Program-made: the position numbers and the translations under genes | In this document: piece by piece, positions 13,000 through 25,009 of the stretch | How positions within the stretch are numbered: position 1 is the first letter of the stretch | Layout: every line of letters begins with the position of its first letter | NCBI GenBank assembly: GCA_036785375.1 | Contig: JAWMAR010000424.1 | Span: 310,001-374,000, forward strand | DNA from: Leucoraja ocellata | Taxonomy: Eukaryota | Direction of reading: 5' to 3' | Length of the DNA: 64,000 nt | The notes under the pieces: model-generated | Databases searched by the model: none | Seen by the model: the letters and a program-made list of their open reading frames with translations, nothing else | What the model was told of the DNA's origin: nothing

Positions 13000-15900
13000 T
13001 TGGGACAGGTGGGGCCATTGTAGTGGGAGACTCCATTGTGAGAGGTACAGGGGTTTCTGCGGCAACAGACGGGATTCGAGGATGGTGTGCTCACTTCCTG
13101 GTGCCAGGATCCAGGATGTCACGGACAGAGTGCATAAAATCCTCAAGGGCGAAGGTGAACATCCGGAAGTGGTAGTGCATGTCGGCACAAATGATGTCGG
13201 AAAGAAGGGGATGAATATTCTGCAGCGTGACTTTAGAGAGCTCGGAAAAATGCTGAAAAGCAGGACCTCCAGGGTTGTTATCTCCGGTTTGCTTCTAGTT
13301 CCTCGTGCTGGCGAGAGCAGGAACAGGGAGATACGGGACCTGAACGTGTGGCTGAGGAACTGGTGCACGGGGCAGGGATTTAGATTCTTAGATCACTGGG
13401 ATCTGTTTTGGGGTAAGGGGGAACTGTACAAAAGGGACGGATTGCATCTTAACAGGTGTGGGACCAGTATTCTGGCAGGCAGGTTTGCCACTGCTACACG
13501 GGTGGTTTTAAACTGAATAAGGGGGGTGGGGTGTCGAATGGGATAGTGGAGGATGGTGTTAAAGGGAAAGGGTTTCTTAAATGTATGAGTGTTTAGACAG
13601 AGGGGTGTAAAATGAGGGTAGAAGCAATAGGTAGCAAGGTGAAAAGTAAAAGTGTCAGGCCGGCAAATCCAGGGCAAAAATCAAAAAGGGCCACTTTTCT
13701 GCATAATAGTATAAGGGGTTCAAGGAGGGCTGTGATTGGAAACTACATATTCCAGGATTTTGTTGCTTCAGGTGTGATAGAATTGGAGGGGCAAGAGGAG
13801 GAGGTGTTGCATTGCTTATCAGGGAAGATATTACAGCAGTGCTTTGGCAGGATAGATTAGAGGGCTCGTCTAGGGAGGCTATTTGGGTGGAACTGAAAAA
13901 TGGGAAAGGGGTAGAAACACTTATAGGGGTGTATTATAGACCGCCAAATGGGGAGCAAGAATTGGAAGAGCAAATATGTAAGGAGATTGCAGATATTAGT
14001 AGTAAGCACAAAGTAGTGATTGTGGGAGATTTCAATTTTCCACACATAGACTGGGAAACACATTCTGTAAATGGGCTGGATGGGTTGGAGTTTGTAAAAT
14101 GTGTGCAGGATAGTTTTTTGCAGCAATACATAGAAGTACCTACTAGAGAAGGGGCAGTGCTGGACCTCCTGTTAGGAAATGAGATGGGTCAGGTGGCAGA
14201 GGTATGCGTTGGGGAACAGTTTGGGACCAGTGATCACAATACCATTAATTTCAATATAATTATGGAGAGGGTCAGAACTGGACCTAGGGTTGAGATTTTT
14301 GATTGGAGAAAGGCTAACTTTGATGAGATGCGAAAGGATTTAAAAGGAGTAAATTGGGACAGTTTGTTTTATGGGAAAGATGTGGAAGAAAAATGGAGGA
14401 CATTTAAAGGTGAAATTTTAAGAATAGAGAATCTTTATGTCCCTGTTCGGTTGAAAGGAAATAGTAAAAATTGGAAAGAGCCATGGTTTTCAAGGGAAAT
14501 TGGACACGGTTCGGAAAAAGAGAGAGATCTACAATAATTATAGGCAGCATGGAGTAAAGGAGGTGCTTGAGGAGTATAAAGAATGTAAAAAGAATCTCAA
14601 GAAAGAAATTAGAAAAGCTAAAAGAAGATATGAGGTTGCTTTGGCAAGTAAGGTGAAAGTAAATCCTAAGGGTGTCTGCAGCTATATTAATAACAAAAGG
14701 ATAACAAGGGATAAAGTTGGTCCATTAGAGAGTCAGAGTGGACAGCTATCTGCAGAGCCAAAAGAGATGGGGAAGATATTGAACAATTTCTTTTCTTCGG
14801 TATTCACGAAGGAGAAGGATATTGAATTATGTGAGGTAAGGGAAACAAGTAGAGTAGCTATGCAAACTATGAGGATCAAAGAAGAGGAAGTACTGACACT
14901 TTTGAGAAATATAAAAGTGGATAAGTCTCCAGGTCCGGACAGGATATTCCCTAGGATATTGAGGGAAGTTAGTGTAGAAATAGCAGGGGCTATGACAGAA
15001 ATATTTCAAATGTCATTAGAAACTGGAATAGTGCCGGAGGATTGGCGTACTGCGCATGTTGTTCCATTGTTTAAAAAGGGGTCTAAGAGTAAACCTAGCA
15101 ATTATAGACCTGTTAGTTTGACGTCAGTGGTGGGCAAATTAATGTAAAGGATACTTAGAGATAATATATATAAGCACCTGGATAAACAGGGTCTGATTAG
15201 GAACAGTCAACATGGATTTGTGCCTGGAAGGTCATGTTTGACTAATCTTCTCGAATTTTTTGAAGAGGTTACTCGGGAAATTGATGAGGGTAAAACAGTG
15301 GATGCTGTATACATGGACTTCAGTAAGGCCTTTGACAAGGTTCCTCACAGGAAGGTTGGTTAAGAAGGTTCAATGGTTGGGGATTAATGAAGGAGTAGCA
15401 AGATGGATTCGACAGTGGCTGAATGGGAGATGCCAGAGAGTAATGGTGGATGGTTGTTTGTCAGGTTGGAGGCCAGTGACTAGTAGGGTTCCACAGGGAT
15501 CTGTGTTGGGTCCACTGTTGTTTGTCATGTACATCAATGATCTGGATGATGGTGTGGTAAATTGGATTAGTAAGTATGCAGATGATACTAAGATAGGTGG
15601 GGTTGTGGATAATGAAGTAGATTTTCAAAGTCTACAGAGAGATTTATGCCAGTTGGAAGAGTGGGCTGAAAGATGGCAGATGGAGTTTAAGGCTGATAAG
15701 TGTGAGGTGCTACATCTTGGCAGGACAAATCAAAATAGGACGTACATGGTAAATGGTAGGGAATTGAAGAATGCAGGTGAACAGAGGGATCTGGGAATAA
15801 CTGTGCACAGTTCCCTGAAAGTGGAATCTCATGTAGATAGGGTGGTAAAGAAAGCTTTTGGTGTGCTGGCCTTTATAAATCAGAGCATTGAGTATAGAAG

Positions 15901-18030
15901 TTGGGATGTAATGTTAAAATTGTACAAGGCATTGGTGAGGCCAATTTTGGAGTATGGTGTACAATTTTGGTCGCCTAATTATAGGAAGGATGTCAACAAA
16001 ATAGAGAGAGTACAGAGGAGATTTACTAGAATGTTGCCTGGGTTTCAGCAACTATGTTACAGAGAAAGGTTGAACAAGTTAGGGCTTTATTCTTTGGAGC
16101 GCAGAAGGCTAAGGGGGGACTTGATAGAGGTCTTTAAAATGATGAGAGGGATAGACAGAGTTGACGTGGATAAGCTTTTCCCACTGAGAGTAGGGACGAT
16201 TAAAACAAGGGGACATGACTTGAGAATTAAGGGACAGAAGTTTAGGGGTAACATGAGGGGGACCTTCTTTACTCAGAGAGTGGTGGCTGTGTGGAATGAG
16301 CTTCCAGTGAAGGTGGTGGAGGCAGGTTCTTTTTTGATAATTTAAAAATAAATTGGATAGTTATATGGACGGGAAAGGTGTGGAGGGTTATGGTCTGAAC
16401 GCAGGTTTATGGGACTAGGGGAGAATACGTGTTCGGCATGGACTAGAAGGGTCGTGTTGGCCTGTTTCTGTGCTATAATTGTTATATGGTTATATGGGTA
16501 AGAGTGTTGTAAAAACAAGCCTGAAGGCTTTGTGTCTCAATGCAAGGAGCATTCATAATAAGGTGGATGAGTTGAATGTGCAGATAGCTATTAATGACTA
16601 TGATATAGTTGGGATCACGGATACATGGCTCCAGGGTGACCAAGGCTGGGAGCTGAACATCCAGGGATATTCAATATCCAGGAGGGATAGACAGAAAGGG
16701 AAAGGAGGTGGGGTAGCGTTGCTGGTTAGAGAACAGATTAACGCAATAGAAAGGAAGGACATTAGCTTGGAGGATGTGGAATCAATATGGGTAGAGATGC
16801 GAAACACTAAGGGGCAGTAACGCTAGTGGGAGCTATGTACAGGCCACCTAACAGTAGTAGTGGAGTTGGGGATGGCATCAAACAGGAAATTAGAAATGCG
16901 TGCAACAAAGGTAAAACAATTATAATGGGTGACTTCAATCTACATATAGATTGGGTGAATCAAATTGGCAAGGGTGCTGAGGAAGAGGATTTCTTGGAAT
17001 GTATGCGGGATAGTTTTCTAAACCAACATGTAGAGGAACCAACGAGAGAGCAGGCTATTCTAGACTGGGTATTGAGTAATGAGGAAGGGTTAGTTAGCAG
17101 TCTTGTTGTGTGTGGCCCCTTGGGCAAGAGTGACCATAATATGGTTGAGTTCTTCATTAGGATGGAGTGTGACATCGTTAATTCAGAAACAAGGGTCCTG
17201 AACTTAAAGAAAGGTAAATTTGAGGGTATGAGATGTGAATTGGCCAAGATAGACTGGCGATTGATTCTTAATGGGTTGACAGTGGATATGCAAAGGAAGG
17301 CATTTAAAGACTGCATGGATGAACTACAACAATTGTTCATCCCAGTTTGGCAAAAAAAAAAATCAGGGAAGGTAGTGCATCCGTGGATAACATGGGAAAT
17401 CAGGGATAGTATCAAAACAAAAGATGAAGCGTACAAATTAGCCAGAAAATGCAGCCTACCAGAGGACTGGGAGAAATTCAGAGACCAGCAGAGGTGGACA
17501 AAGGGCTCAATTAGGAAAGGGAAAATAGATTATGAAAGAAAACTGGGAGGGAACATAAAAACTGACTGCAAAAGCTTTTATAGATATGTGAAGAGAAAAA
17601 GATTAGTTAAAACAAATGTAGGTCCCTTGCAGTCAGAAACAGGCGAATTGATCATGGGAAACAAGGACATGGCAGACCAATTCAATAACTACTTTGGTTC
17701 TGTCTTCACTAAGGAAGACATAAATAATCTGCCGGAAATAGCAGGGGACCGGGGGTCAAATGAGATGGAGGAACTGAGTGATATCCAGGTTAGCCGGGAA
17801 GTGGTGTTAGGTAAATTGAATGGATTAAAGGCCGATAAATCCCCAGGCCAGATAGGCTGCATCCCAGAGTACTTAAGGAAGTAGCCCCAGAAATAGTGGA
17901 TGCATTAGTGATAATTTTTCAAAACTCTTTAGATTCTGGAGTAGTTCCTGAGGACTGGAGGGTAGCTAATGTAACCCCACTTTTTAAAAAGGGAGGGAGA
18001 GAAAAAACGGGGAATTACAGTCCAGTTAGT
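13000..18030 (+). mobile_element. CR1 family B (ORF1 SGNH esterase 13000-13516; ORF2 EN 16497-18030), split by a CR1-A insertion and ending at the gap
   Basis: VVGDSIVRG/HVGTND/DGLHLN esterase motifs; LNARSI..MGDFN..SDHN endonuclease motifs. Confidence 0.9.
13720..16496 (+). mobile_element. CR1-A LINE (EN+RT, frameshifted) nested in CR1-B
   Basis: ORFs 13812, 14500, 15260; YADD; tail gttatatggttatatg. Confidence 0.92.
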
Positions 18031-18230
18031 NNNNNNNNNNNNNNNNNNNNNNNNNNNNNNNNNNNNNNNNNNNNNNNNNNNNNNNNNNNNNNNNNNNNNN
18101 NNNNNNNNNNNNNNNNNNNNNNNNNNNNNNNNNNNNNNNNNNNNNNNNNNNNNNNNNNNNNNNNNNNNNNNNNNNNNNNNNNNNNNNNNNNNNNNNNNNN
18201 NNNNNNNNNNNNNNNNNNNNNNNNNNNNNN
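18031..18230. other. Assembly gap (200 N)
   Basis: Direct reading. Confidence 1.
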
Positions 18231-20280
18231 TTGGATTGGTTGGGTTGGGCATCTCTAGGATAGCTTGGATCTTCTTCCGATCCAGTTCCAGGCCACGATC
18301 TGTAACTATATGTCCTAAATGTGATACACGTAGTTTTCACTGCCGACTTCTTCCGGTTCAGCTTGATCGCTCTGTCTCTGTATCGCTGAAGAAGATCTTG
18401 CAATCTTACTTCGTGATTCCTTTCTGCATCTTCTCTGGTGCCCCTACTCCGAATAGGAGGATGCATCTGCAACACATTCCACTCCCTTTAATCCTTCTAG
18501 TGCTTGTTGCAGCTTCTTCTGGAAGATCTCTGCACTTACTTTCAGTCTAAATGGCCACCTCTTCCAGCGATATCTCACAAAAGGAGTGTTCATGGTTGTT
18601 AGGAAATTGCTCTCCTCATCTAGTTCGCAGTAGAGTTATCCTGACTTCAGATCGAATTTGCAGAAAATCATCGCATTGGACAGCTCAGGGAGTACATCCT
18701 CTATGATAAGTAGCCTGTGGACTTTGTTGAGGGGTCTAGGTTCTATGCAGAACCTCAACTCTGTGCTGTCCTTTTTCTCCGTAACGACCAGCCTGTTACA
18801 CCACGCAGTTGGTTCTTCGACTTTAGTCAAGATGTCCTGCTCGATCAGCTTCATGAGACCATTCATGATCTTCTCTTTCATGGCTTTGCAGGACACTGTG
18901 ATGGGGTCACATCCTCCATCCTAGTTACCAACTTGACCTTGCCAGGTAGTCTCCCAGGTCTTTCGTCATCAAAGACATTCAGGCTCTTGAAGTTCTCGTA
19001 GTGAACCGTGATGAGTTTCATATGTTGTGCAGCTTTGTCGCTCTGGAGCGGTGTGAGCCAGCCTTTCTCTACCACTATGAAGTGAACACGGTACTTCGTG
19101 TTGTTCCTCTCTTTCCGGAGTATGACTTTCGTCCTACCTTCCGCCAGCAGGTTGGATCCGTTGTATATCTTTAAGATGATTTTCTCTCGTCTAATGCCCT
19201 CTTTGTTGGGTACAAGATCCTTGGGAATCACATTAACACTAGCACCAGATTCAACCTGAAAAATGATGGCTTCTGTGCCGACCTTCATCTCAGCAAGTAG
19301 GCCCGAAGAGGAATTGTTTCCAGCTGCATTGATCTCAATGCAACTCACAAACTCTGTGTCGGAAATGGACGTTGTGTCAGATGTCTCTACGACCTTGTGC
19401 AGACCCCGTTTCTGCATGCTCTCCTTCCTCCACTTGCAGCAGCAGGCGAAGTGGTTTTGTCGTACGCATCTGTTGCAGTCCTTCCCATAGGCTGGGCATT
19501 CCTCCTTCCTACGTTTGTATCCTTGCACAAAACTTACACTTGACTAGTCCCTGATTCTTCCTCTGTGAAGGAAAATCAACCATCTTTTCCCTCGGTTTGA
19601 ACCGTTCCACCTTGTGTATTGTCGGCTCTTCGCCGATGACCTGCATTCTTGCTGCTGTTACCTCCGAGGATCTACATATGTCTACAATCCCCTGCAGTGT
19701 CAGATTCCTCTTCTGAAGGGATATCTTCCTAGTTGACTGGTCCTCAATACCAATGACGATGCGATCTCGAATGAGGCTTTCTCTCAGGCACTTACAGAAG
19801 TTGCATGTTTTAGCAAGCTCCTTCAGCTCTGCAACATATGATTCAATGCTTTCCCCTGATTTCTGGTCTCGTTTATTGAAAATGAATCTTTCATATGTTT
19901 CATTCGGCTCTCCTATGATGATGGTAGACATCTTGTCGATGATGACTTTCACATCACAGATATCTGCTACCATTCAAATGTCAAGGTATTGAAGATTTGC
20001 AGTTGTTCTGGTCCAACAGTATGCAGGAATACTGCTTTTTTGATACTGTTTCTCTTTCTTATCCATTTCTGTTATCACTGCATAATTTCCATATATATGT
20101 CTGCTTACAAAATAAGTAAACCAGTACATAATATACAGAGAAAGATGGCTGCACACACACTCGTGTTGGGATCAAAAATAGGAATGATTTATTTCCAAGT
20201 CAAAGGTCACTGACTGACTTACTGAGCATGTGCAAGAATGAGTACAGCTCATGCGCATGAATTACATGGATATTGTCACA
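18231..20280 (-). mobile_element. Gypsy LTR retrotransposon, duplicated 5' part (LTR, gag, protease, RT)
   Basis: Homologous to 43416-45522, with the same flank atatccctccaaacc; gag CCHC knuckle, FQVESGASVNVI protease. Confidence 0.9.
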
Positions 20281-20889
20281 ATATCCCTCCAAACCTGTCC
20301 ATGTACCTGTCGAATAGTTTCTTAAATTTTGTGATAGTCCCCGTCTTCACTACCTCTTCTGGCAGCTTGTTCCATACACCCACCACCCTCTGGGTAAAAA
20401 AGTTATCCCTCAGGTCTTTTCGCTTCCACCTTAAACCTATGTTCTCTGGTTCTCAATTCACCTAATCTGGGCAAGAGACTCTGTGCCCTCTCATGATCCT
20501 ATACACCTCTGTAAGATCATTCATCATCCTCCTGCACTCCAAGAAATAGAGTCCCAGTGTACACAACCTCTCCCTGGAGCCCACACCCTCTAGTGTTCCG
20601 CACTATGACTCTGTGACTGTGACTATGTGTGGGGCAGGTTTTATACACAGAGGGTGGTGGGTGGTGGGTGATGGGTGACTGGAACGTGCTGCCAGGGGTG
20701 GTGGTGGAGACAGATGAGGCTCATTTATGAGGCTTTTGGATATGCACGGATATGCTGGGAATATAGGGATATGGGTTATGTGCAGGTAGCAGATGGTCTT
20801 GGCATCATGTTCAGCTAAGACACTGTGGGCTGAAGGGCCTGTTCCAGTGCTGTACTGTTCTATGTTATATATTTCAGCAAAAGCATTAC

Positions 20890-20979
20890 CTTCCTGTTTT
20901 CCTGCAGTTTGATTTTCCAGATTCTCTTTTTCCCTTTTGCCCTCATCGGGACTTCCTGTGGTGCATTCTGAATCCGGCG
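20890..20979 (-). CDS. 90-nt micro-exon type B
   Basis: gttttaatacAG / G|GTAATG; APDSECTTGSPDEGKREKENLENQTAGKQE. Confidence 0.75.
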
Positions 20980-21105
20980 CTGTATTAAAACACAGCAAGG
21001 TGACAACAACTGAACTTAAATGCATGTTGGCCCAAACAGAAAATTCCACATATTTGAGTATTGACCTGAATATTGTATAGAATATTTGCAGGGAATAACT
21101 AAATA

Positions 21106-21966
21106 TAGGTATGTTACAAAACCTACCTGAATCGTGGCTGAGCATCTGCCCCACCCCTTGTGTGTGATTTTGGAGCTGTTTGGAGGGGGCGGGTTTAAAA
21201 CCCGATTTTTACTAGGCTGTTCCAATCGCAGATGTTCAGCCTAGTAAATCATTAACGGAGAATCGCTGCAAGACCCGGTCCCAAAAGCTATTATTAGTTT
21301 TATAGGCCTCGAATAGTAGATATAATAAATTTAAAAACTCTCGTTCAGTTCGCAAGCTTTCGCAGCCCCAGGGTTTTATAAAGCAAACAATTAAAGGTAT
21401 GTACCTTATTTTTACATTAAATGGGGCATGTATATAACCCTATAATTATAATTATCTATAACGAATAGCTCATTTTGGGCTTTTTATATCCCGCAGTATT
21501 TTTCTCGGCATTTGAGGGCACTAATCTAGCGCGCTGTCAACATTCTAAACCTGCGCGTTCACAGAAACCCACTAGAAAACCGATTTAAATGGGCATTTAT
21601 TTACAGCAATTGAACACTAAATTCCTTCCATTTGGCCTATAAATTAATGTAAATTAGATATAAAAATCATGTTATATTGTGAATTATTTGTGAATAATCT
21701 TTGGACACTTAGGCTATTTAAAAATGTTAATCTTTCCTTAAGAAATGTGCTTTTGATTATCCAAGATCACAGCTTTTTTGTAATGCCCATTGAAAATCAA
21801 TAGGGAACAAGATGCTAATTTCCGAGTATGAAAATGGTCATAACTTTTTTAATACTTGAGATATGAAAGTGAATTAGGTGTCAAATTCAACTTATTGTTA
21901 TGCTTTATCTGATGGGATAAATTGCAGACTTGATTTTTTAAATCTCAAAATTTTGTAACATTGCTA
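21106..21966. mobile_element. Second member of the 7-bp-TSD TIR transposon family, opposite orientation
   Basis: TAGGTATGTTACAAAA / TTTTGTAACATTGCTA; TSD CTAAATA. Confidence 0.8.
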
Positions 21967-22136
21967 CTAAATATAAATATAAATAACTCTTCTTCACTTT
22001 GAACCTCATTTGTCTTTAGACTTTTAGATACAGCCCTTCGGCCCACCGAATCCGTGCCGACCAGTGGTCACACCGTACATTAACAATATTCTACACTTTA
22101 ATGACTATTTACAATTTTACCAAAAACAAATTAGGA

Positions 22137-22355
22137 ATGGCACGATGGAGCAGTGGACGAGTTGTTGCCTTACAGCGCCAGTGACCCAGGATCGATTCTG
22201 ACTATGGACACTGTCTGTATGGAGTTTGTACATTCTCCCCGTGACCGCGTGGGTTTTCTCTGGCTGCTCTGGTAGCTCCAGCACTACAGGTTTGTAGGTT
22301 AATTAGCTTTGCTACAAACTGTCCCTGATGTGTGGGATAGTGCTATGTATGGGGA
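22137..22355 (+). mobile_element. HE1/V-SINE-type SINE
   Basis: tRNA-like head with A/B-box-like motifs and V-domain. Confidence 0.7.
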
Positions 22356-22832
22356 TCACTGGTCGGCTCGGACTGGGGAAACCTGGAGTACAAGAGATAT
22401 TGTGGTTCCGGCTGGAGAAAAGGAGGAGTGGATCAGGAAGAAGAGCTGGGATCATGTGAATCCCTGGAGAAGCATCGGATGTAGGAGTTACTTCAGAAGG
22501 AAATTAGAATGAGGAAGAGAAGGCATGAGATCACTTTGGCTGAGAAGATTAAGGAGAATGCAAAGAGTTTTTATAAGTATATGAAGGGGAATAGATAATT
22601 GGATTAGTATCGGATGCAGAATTGGCCTGAAGTTCATTAGTTCATGGAACAGAATTAGGCCATTCAGCCCATCAGAAGCAGAGGGTGACAGTGAAAGATA
22701 CAAGGAACTGTAGATGGTGGTTTACAAAAACATGGACAGTTGGAGTAAGTGGTTCAAGAAGCATCTGTGGAAAACATGGATAGGTAATCTTTCGGGTTGG
22801 GACATTTTTTGGACTAGAGACCCTGGCTAGTG

Positions 22833-23213
22833 GAGTTGACGGAGGAATTGGGAATAGGGGATGGAGTCCTTACAGGAAGTAGGGTGGGAGGAATAGTAGT
22901 CAAGATAGCCGTGGAAGTCAGTGGGTTTATAGTGGATGTCGGTCAGAAGTCTATCACCTGCGATGGAGATTTCTGCATCCTGGTGGAATGAACATTGATT
23001 TCTCACTATTCTGTTAACCCTTGCTGTCTCCTCCCCTTCCTACCTCAGCCCTTGGCCTCCTCCTCCTCCTTTTTTCCTTTCTTCTCCCAGCCTCCCCGCC
23101 TCCCCCCACCCCCTATCAGTCTGAAGAAGGGTTTTGGCCCGAAACGTTGCCTATTTCCTTCGCTCCATAGATGCTGCTGCACCCGCTGAGTTTCTCCAGC
23201 ATTTTTGTGTACC
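22833..23213. mobile_element. Penelope-like insertion: inverted RT fragment plus pLTR
   Basis: Minus strand reads IHYKPTDFHGYLDYYSSHPTSCKDSIPYSQFLR; roughly 12-bp duplication cctg(g/t)ctagtgg; empty paralogous site at about 47893. Confidence 0.8.
23117..23152 (+). ncRNA. Minimal type-I hammerhead ribozyme motif in the Penelope pLTR
   Basis: CTGAAGA-AGGGTTTTGGCCC-GAAA-CGTT core. Confidence 0.6.
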
Positions 23214-23297
23214 TGTCTAGTGGTGTGCCTCCCATTGCTGTTTGTTATCTATATCAATAATTTAGATGAGAATGTACAAGGCATTTTTAGATATTAC

Positions 23298-23720
23298 CTG
23301 AGGTAACTTTGAGGGCTGTAGTATGTATTTCAGACCAAGGGGCATCTGGAGTGTTTGATTTGTGTTCAATATTGATCTGAGCGGCATCGTCCATGGATAA
23401 ATCAGGCTGCACCTTTATACAGCAGTGAATGTGTAGAAGACCCAGATGGTTACGTTGCAATTCAGGCTGATCTGCAGAGAAGGATTTATCTTCATTGCAT
23501 GAATTCAGTATAGTTAGAGGTTGTGTCACCCTTTGTGGTCCCTGCAATTGTTCTGCTGACAACTGCCAGTGAAATAATGTCTTTGCTTCCTCTCCTTTCC
23601 TCTTCAGTGATATAACAATATCCATTGGCACCAGAGTAGTCATGGTCACATCCCAGCTCACATCAGCAGTTTCACCATGTACGACTTCATACTCATTCTT
23701 TATACCACTTATTGCAGGAG
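23298..23720 (-). CDS. Exon: post-TM C1-derived Ig-like domain (copy D2)
   Basis: tctttcAG / G|GTAATA, 423 nt, phase 1-1, open; paralog of 47978-48409 with only in-frame indels (3 and 6 nt). Confidence 0.8.
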
Positions 23721-24021
23721 CTGAAAGATCGACACAAAAAACATTAAATTCAATGTAAACATAATGTTCCATTTTACTGCATTATTGTCCAGCGCATTAT
23801 TCCTTGCATATAATTTACAAACTTCATTCATTTAAACTTAGTTTAGTTTAGAGATACAGCACGGGAACAGTTCTTCAATCCACTGAGTCCGCGCACACCA
23901 GTAACCACTCCATACACTAGTCCTATCCTAAACACTGGGGGCATTTACAGAAGCCAGCACGTAACCCACTGATTCCACACTGACCACCGGTGGATCACCC
24001 CGTAGTTCTGTGTTATTATCC

Positions 24022-24796
24022 GAATGGTGGCCTATTATCTGAATGGTGGCCGATTAGGAAAGGGGGAGATGCAATGAGACCTGGGTGTCATGGTACACCA
24101 GTCATTAAAAGTAGGCATGCAGGTGCAGCAGGCAGTGAAGAAGGCAAATGGTATGGTAGCATTCATAGCAAAAGGATTTATAGGAGCAGGGAGGTTTTAC
24201 TGCAGTTGTACAGGGTCTTGGTGAGGCCACACCTGTAGTATTGTGTACAGTTTTGGTCTCCTAATCTGAGTAAAGATATTCTTGCCATAGAGGGAGTACA
24301 GAGAAGGTTCACCAGACTGATTCCTGGGATGTCAGGACTTTCATATGAAGAAAGACTGGATAGACTCGGTTTGTACTGGCTAGAATTTAGAAGATTGAGG
24401 GGGGATCTTATAGAAACTTACAAAATTCTTAAGGGGTTGGACAGGCTAGATGCAGGAAGATTGTTCCCGATGTTGGGGAAGTCCAGAACAAGGGGTCACA
24501 GTTTAAGGATAAGGGGGAAATCTTTTAGGACCGAGATGAGGAAAACTTTTTTCACACAGAGAGTGGTGAATCTCTGGAATTCTCTGCCGCAGAAGGTAGT
24601 TGAGGCCAGTTCATTGGCTATATTTAAGAGGGAGTTAGATTTGGCCCTTGTGGCTAAAGGGATTAGGGGGTATGGAGAGAAGGCAGGTACAGGATACTGA
24701 GTTGATCAGCCATGATCATATTGAATTGCGGTGCAGGCTCGAAGGGCCGAATGGCCTACTCCTGCACCTATTTTCTATGTCTCTATGTTTCTATGT
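24022..24796 (+). mobile_element. CR1-B 3' fragment
   Basis: ORF 24329-24700; (TTTCTATG)n-type tail. Confidence 0.85.
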
Positions 24797-25009
24797 GTTG
24801 CCCAACATTGTTATCGACTCCCTCCACACTAGGGGCAATTTCCAGAGGGCCAATTAACTGACAAACCCGCACGTCTTAGGGATGTGTGATGAAAACCATA
24901 GAAAACGATGTCAAGAGTTATGGGGAGAAAGCAAGAGATTGGGGTTGAGAGGGTAAGATAGATCAGCATGATTGAATGGCGGAGTAGACTTGAAGGGCAA
25001 AATGTATAA

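Noticed and set aside
18231-20280. Second Gypsy as an independent insertion
   Set aside because: It has the same host junction and the same LTR-gag deletion as 40810-45522, so it was copied by segmental duplication.
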